Source: Spirochaetota bacterium
GTDB lineage: Bacteria; Spirochaetota; UBA12135; COTS27; CBDBHE01
Direction: 5' to 3'
Assembly: GCA_965205605.1 (NCBI GenBank)
Contig: CBDBHE010000006.1
Coordinates: 192,001-256,000, forward strand
DNA length: 64,000 bases
The notes beneath the pieces are model-generated. The model was not told the origin of the DNA. It searched no databases and worked only from the letters and a program-made list of their open reading frames with translations. A program made the position numbers and the translations under genes. Below are positions 59,046-64,000 of the stretch, in pieces. The first letter of the stretch is position 1, and each line of letters opens with the position of its first letter.

Positions 59046-61139
59046 TTGAAACCGAGCCCCACTTATAAAGCAACAAGTATTGTTATTAAGATGCTTCAAA
59101 AAATCTTTGGAACAAGTATTGTTGTTGAAGGGATTAAGGATGTGCCTGATAAACAAGTGATGTTTGTTTCTAATCATTTTACTCGTTTTGAGACTTTTGT
59201 TTTACCTTATATTATTCATTTACATAAAAATTATAGTGTAAGAAGCTTGTCTCATAGTGGCTTTTTTAAAGGTTTATTTGGAACTTATTTATCAGCCTTA
59301 GGCGCCATTGCTGAAAATGATCCCATGCGAAATAAAATCATTATTCGTGACCTTATGGAAGCCAAATCTAATTGGCTTATTTATCCAGAAGGAATGTTAG
59401 TTAAAAATAAAAAAATTTATAAAAAAGGAAAATTTATTTTAGAATCTCCTGAATATAAAGGGTTTCCTCATACAGGGGCTGCTTTACTTGCCCTTAAAGC
59501 ACAACTTAAAAAAAGAGAGATGCTTGTAAAAAAAGAAAAAACAGTTTCGCTTCAAGAAGATTTAGCAAAAGCGTCTATTAAAATTGTTCCTGTTTATATT
59601 TCTTATTATCCAATTAGACCCGAAGACAATTATATCAAGTCACTTGCTCAAAAATTAGTTAAAAAACTCCCTGCTCGATTGGAAGAAGAGCTCCAAGTAG
59701 AAGGGAGCCTTCTTTTAAAATCCAATATTCATATTCATTTTCAAAAACCAATTGATGTTTGGAAATTTACTGAAAAAAGGACCAAAGTATTAAGAAATCT
59801 TTTTTTTCTTCCTTTAAAAATAAGACGGGGGCTTATGTATCAAAAGATTCGTTTCTCTTTAACGAGATTTTATATGAAGCGTCTTTATGAAGGCATGGAT
59901 ATTAATATGGATCATTTGTTTTTAGCTTTGATCAAAATGGGAAAAAAAAGTGTGACAATCGAGCACTTGAAAAAAATGATTATTCTTTTGTATTTAATGA
60001 TTAAAAACGAAGAAAAATATTCAGCACATCTTTTATTAAAAAAGGAAATTGCTTTTCTTTTGGAGAATCAAAAAAGTAAAGCTTTCGATTCTATTTTAAA
60101 TTTGGCTTTATCAGAAAATCTCGTTAAAAAAAAAGAATCGATTCTTTTGATAGATAAAACTAAGTTAGTGGAAAAGGTTGCTTTTCATCAAATAAGACTT
60201 GTTAATGTTTGTCAGGTTATTTTTAATGAATTGATGCCTTTGCGTTATTTTTTTAAATATATTCAAAAAATTCCTTTTAAAAGTTATGATCAAACTTTAA
60301 AAAAAATATCTTATGAAATAAGACGTTTTGATGAAAAAGAATACGAAAAAGATTATCAAAAAACTTATCAAAAAAAAATTAGCAAGCCAAAAGAAATAGG
60401 GAGTCCTTTTTTTCTAAAAGGTTCTAAAAAAACAGGGGTTGTTTTGTCACATGGTTATGGAGCTTCTCCGGGAGAAGTTTTAAATTTAGCAAAATATCTT
60501 CATAAACAAAAAGGATATAGTGTTTATGGGGTCCGACTTAAAGGTCATGGGACTGTCGCTGAAAATATGCTAGAAGTGAGTTGGAAAGATTGGTATAACA
60601 ATTATCAAAAGGGATATCAAATTATTAAACATTATTGTTCAGAAGTTGTTTTAATGGGTTTTTCTACAGGGGGTGTTTTGGCGATGTTGTCTGCTAGTAA
60701 AATAAAAGACAATATTAAAAAGGTGGTTTCTATTAATGCTCCTATTGTTTTAATGAATAAAAAAAATCAATTAGTTCCTGCTATTAGTTGGTGGAATGAC
60801 TTGATGGATAAATTTAATTTAAAAAATATTAAATATGAATATATCAATACTAATCCAGAATATCCAATTACTAATTATTCTAAAAACTATATTAAAGGTG
60901 TTTTACAATTAAGATTGCTAATAGAAAAATGTACTCGATCTCTAAAAAAAATAAAAACTCCTATTTTGATTATTCAATCAAATGAAGACCCAGTCGTTGA
61001 TCCTAAAAGTGCTCGTATTATTTTAGATAAGATAGGGGCTTTGAGTAAAGAATTTTATGAATTTTATAGTAAACGACATGTCATTATTAGAGGAAAACAT
61101 AGTTTGGATATTTTTGAAAAAATAGCTGATTTTATTTAG
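59046..61139 (+). CDS. PlsC-like acyltransferase fused to an alpha/beta hydrolase (carboxylesterase)
   Basis: N-terminal NHFTRFE and YPEG; C-terminal HGY, GHG, GFSTG nucleophile elbow, DPVV and RH. Confidence 0.8.
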   Translation: MKPSPTYKATSIVIKMLQKIFGTSIVVEGIKDVPDKQVMFVSNHFTRFETFVLPYIIHLHKNYSVRSLSHSGFFKGLFGTYLSALGAIAENDPMRNKIIIRDLMEAKSNWLIYPEGMLVKNKKIYKKGKFILESPEYKGFPHTGAALLALKAQLKKREMLVKKEKTVSLQEDLAKASIKIVPVYISYYPIRPEDNYIKSLAQKLVKKLPARLEEELQVEGSLLLKSNIHIHFQKPIDVWKFTEKRTKVLRNLFFLPLKIRRGLMYQKIRFSLTRFYMKRLYEGMDINMDHLFLALIKMGKKSVTIEHLKKMIILLYLMIKNEEKYSAHLLLKKEIAFLLENQKSKAFDSILNLALSENLVKKKESILLIDKTKLVEKVAFHQIRLVNVCQVIFNELMPLRYFFKYIQKIPFKSYDQTLKKISYEIRRFDEKEYEKDYQKTYQKKISKPKEIGSPFFLKGSKKTGVVLSHGYGASPGEVLNLAKYLHKQKGYSVYGVRLKGHGTVAENMLEVSWKDWYNNYQKGYQIIKHYCSEVVLMGFSTGGVLAMLSASKIKDNIKKVVSINAPIVLMNKKNQLVPAISWWNDLMDKFNLKNIKYEYINTNPEYPITNYSKNYIKGVLQLRLLIEKCTRSLKKIKTPILIIQSNEDPVVDPKSARIILDKIGALSKEFYEFYSKRHVIIRGKHSLDIFEKIADFI

Positions 61140-61265
61140 TTTTATCTTTAAATTTTAATTAATGCAATAATTTACATATTATATTAATATATTAAGATTC
61201 TTTCATTTGTTCTAAAGGTAAAAATCAAACTAACTTAAACAATAATAAAAAGAGGATTAAACCAC

Positions 61266-62453
61266 TTGAGTAAAATAAAATCAAATCATGTTTTTACTTC
61301 CGAATCTGTTTCAGAAGGTCACCCTGATAAAATTTGTGATTGTGTTTCTGATGCTATTTTAGATGCTTGTCTTGAAAAAGATAAATTGAGTCGAGTTGCT
61401 TGTGAAACGATGGTATCAACTAATTTCTTAGTTAATTCGGGTGAGATTACTTGTTCGAAATGGAATGAAATTAATCCTGAAGTAATTGCCAGAAAAGTAG
61501 TTGAAGACATTGGTTATAATAAAGAAGAATATTGTTTTTCTCATAATAGTTTTGAGTATTTAAATCGTCTTCATGGACAATCTCCTGATATTTCTCAGGG
61601 GGTTACAAAAAATGAAGGGCTTGACAAAGAGCAAGGAGCCGGAGATCAAGGAATGGTTTTTGGTTATGCAACCAATGAAACAGAAACATTGATGCCTGCT
61701 CCCATTGCTTATAGTCATAAACTTCTCCTAGGGTTTACAGAGTCTAGGAATAAAAAAGAAATTGCTTATTTAAGACCTGATAGTAAAGGACAAGTTTCTA
61801 TTCGTTACATTAATGGAAAACCTAGTGAAATTACAAGTGTTGTTGTTTCCCATCAAACAGATGATGTTTCATTAGAAATGATACGAAAAGATTTTATTTT
61901 AAAAATCAAGGATATTTTAGGCAATACAGGTTTATTAACAAATGATACTAAGTATTATGTCAATCCCACAGGAAGGTTTGTGATTGGGGGACCTCATGGA
62001 GATGCGGGGCTTACGGGTAGGAAAGTTATTGTGGATACTTATGGTGGTATTGGAAGTCATGGAGGAGGGGCTTTTTCAGGGAAAGACCCTTCAAAAGTCG
62101 ATCGATCTGCAGCTTATTATGCTCGGTATGTTGCTAAAAATATTGTTGCTGCGGGCCTAGCGGATAAGTGTGAGATACAAGCTTCTTATGTGATTGGGGT
62201 GAGTGATCCTGTCAGTATTAATATTGATACGTATGGGACTGCAAAAGTAGCAGAGGCTAAAATAGAGTCTATTTTAAACTCAAAAGAAATTTTTAATTTT
62301 AGACCAGCTGATCTAATCAAAAATTTAGGTTTACTCAAATTTAATCAAAACTGGTCCTACAAACAAACCTCAAGTTATGGTCATTTTGGAAGAGATTTTT
62401 TTCCTTGGGAAAAAACAGATAAAATTGAAGCACTGAGAAGCATCATAAAATAA
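61266..62453 (+). CDS. metK: S-adenosylmethionine synthetase
   Basis: FTSESVSEGHPDK, GAGDQG, GGGAFSGKD and YGHFG; TTG start with an AGAGGA Shine-Dalgarno. Confidence 0.97.
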   Translation: MSKIKSNHVFTSESVSEGHPDKICDCVSDAILDACLEKDKLSRVACETMVSTNFLVNSGEITCSKWNEINPEVIARKVVEDIGYNKEEYCFSHNSFEYLNRLHGQSPDISQGVTKNEGLDKEQGAGDQGMVFGYATNETETLMPAPIAYSHKLLLGFTESRNKKEIAYLRPDSKGQVSIRYINGKPSEITSVVVSHQTDDVSLEMIRKDFILKIKDILGNTGLLTNDTKYYVNPTGRFVIGGPHGDAGLTGRKVIVDTYGGIGSHGGGAFSGKDPSKVDRSAAYYARYVAKNIVAAGLADKCEIQASYVIGVSDPVSINIDTYGTAKVAEAKIESILNSKEIFNFRPADLIKNLGLLKFNQNWSYKQTSSYGHFGRDFFPWEKTDKIEALRSIIK

Positions 62454-62487
62454 AGATTTAAATTAATTTAAAAAAAAGGAAATAAAT

Positions 62488-63891
62488 ATGAATGATGATT
62501 TTAAAGTAGCGGATCTTTCATTGGCTGATTTTGGTCGAAAAGAAATTGAGATTGCTGAAAAAGAAATGCCTGGACTAATGGCCATTAGAGAAAAGTACCA
62601 AAAAACACTTCCTTTAAAAGATGTGAAAATAACAGGAAGTCTTCATATGACAGTCCAAACGGCTGTTTTAATGGAAACTTTAGTTTGTCTTGGGGCTAGA
62701 TTAAGGTGGGCTTCGTGTAATATTTTTTCTACTCAAGACCACGCAGCAGCAGCAATGGCTAAAGCAGGCATTCCTGTTTTTGCTTGGAAAGGGGAAACTT
62801 TGGAAGAATATTGGTATTGTTTAGAGAAAGCTTTTGATTTTAAAGAAGGCGGGCCTGATCTGATAGTTGATGATGGAGGAGATGCCACTTTACTAGTGCA
62901 TAAAGGAGTGGAAGCTGAAAAAAATCCTACTATTTTAGAAAAAAACGATGCTTCTCATGGGGAAGATTTTATCGAACTTATTAAAATTCTTAAAAAAACA
63001 GTTAATTCTGAAAACCAAAAATGGACAAAAATAGCCAGTAACATTAAAGGCGTTAGTGAAGAAACCACTACAGGCGTCCACCGACTTTACCAAATGTTAG
63101 AAGCAGGTAAACTATCATTTCCGGCAATTAACGTCAATGATTCAGTAACAAAATCAAAATTTGACAATCTGTATGGGTGTAAAGAAAGTTTAGCTGACGG
63201 GATTAAAAGAGCAACCGATGTTATGGTAGCAGGTAAAATAGTTGTTGTTTGTGGCTATGGGGATGTAGGAAAAGGGTGTGCGGCTTCTGTAAGAGGGCTA
63301 GGGGCGAGAGTGATTATTACAGAAATTGATCCTATTTGCGCTCTTCAAGCTTCTATGGAAGGGTATGAAGTCACTACTCTAGAAAATACTTTAGAGGAAG
63401 GAAATATTTTTGTAACTGCCACAGGTAATTATAATATTATTAGAATAGAGCATATGAGAAAAATGAAAGATCAGGCCATTATTTGCAATATTGGTCACTT
63501 TGATAATGAAATACAAGTTTCTTTATTAGAAAAAGAAGTAGGGGTTGAAAAAATTAATATTAAGTCTCAAGTAGATAAATATCGTTTTTCAGATGGCCAT
63601 GAAATTATTCTTTTAGCAGAAGGACGACTTGTAAATTTAGGTTGTGCAACAGGGCATCCAAGCTTTGTGATGTCAAACTCTTTTACCAATCAAGTCTTAG
63701 CTCAAATAGAGCTTTGGCAAAAAGATTATCAATTAGGCGTTTATACTTTGCCTAAAAAATTAGATGAAGAGGTCGCAAGACTTCATTTAAGCAAACTAGG
63801 GGTACAGCTTACAAAGCTAAGCAAAGAACAAGCAGAATATATTAATGTGGACCCACAAGGGCCCTACAAACCGGACCACTATCGATATTAG
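62488..63891 (+). CDS. ahcY: Adenosylhomocysteinase
   Basis: [41 protein letters not shown] and YRY terminus. Confidence 0.97.
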   Translation: MNDDFKVADLSLADFGRKEIEIAEKEMPGLMAIREKYQKTLPLKDVKITGSLHMTVQTAVLMETLVCLGARLRWASCNIFSTQDHAAAAMAKAGIPVFAWKGETLEEYWYCLEKAFDFKEGGPDLIVDDGGDATLLVHKGVEAEKNPTILEKNDASHGEDFIELIKILKKTVNSENQKWTKIASNIKGVSEETTTGVHRLYQMLEAGKLSFPAINVNDSVTKSKFDNLYGCKESLADGIKRATDVMVAGKIVVVCGYGDVGKGCAASVRGLGARVIITEIDPICALQASMEGYEVTTLENTLEEGNIFVTATGNYNIIRIEHMRKMKDQAIICNIGHFDNEIQVSLLEKEVGVEKINIKSQVDKYRFSDGHEIILLAEGRLVNLGCATGHPSFVMSNSFTNQVLAQIELWQKDYQLGVYTLPKKLDEEVARLHLSKLGVQLTKLSKEQAEYINVDPQGPYKPDHYRY

Positions 63892-64000
63892 TCAAAAGGG
63901 AAAAACATAAGGCAAACATAAGGCCTGAAGTTGTAGAGATAATAATGGGTAAAAAGGTTGATAAAATTAGTCTAAATAATTATCTAAAAAATTAAAAACT

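Noticed and set aside
61140-61265. SAM riboswitch upstream of metK
   Set aside because: The region is almost all A/T, with no recognisable SAM-I core or stable stems.
63903-63924. Tandem 11-bp duplication AAACATAAGGC after ahcY
   Set aside because: Only two adjacent copies with no spacers; not a CRISPR array or a supportable element.

Overview
A very AT-rich (visually below about 30% GC, not computed), gene-dense bacterial chromosomal segment, most likely from a Spirochaetota lineage. This assignment is inferred from a spirochaete-type phosphohexomutase N-terminus, NusA with a C-terminal zinc ribbon, a conserved spirochaete-like hypothetical protein and a TPR/NHL/vWA protein. Content is mostly housekeeping and metabolic: a 5'-truncated DUF1501 gene, skp-like, pyrG, a GldA/F/G-like ABC system, a MazG-like gene, isochorismate synthase, YfhO-like protein, eno, a CHAT (caspase-like) protease, phosphohexomutase, pyrB, nadE, an ABC exporter, gcvTH, a ResB/CcsA cytochrome c maturation cluster, nusA-infB-rbfA, der-plsY-gpsA, trkAH, an Rrf2-sufBCDSU-nfu operon, modABC, a radical SAM-HhH protein, a beta-oxidation operon ending in an acyltransferase-esterase fusion, and metK-ahcY. 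I saw no rRNA, tRNA, CRISPR array, transposase or prophage gene. The most notable items are the stand-alone CHAT protease with an intact His/Cys dyad, three reading-frame lesions clustered within about 2.8 kb (trkA, nfu, sufS), very long in-frame poly(A) tracts, frequent TTG starts, and candidate palindromic operators upstream of the suf and nadE operons. I found no clear multi-gene novel system.
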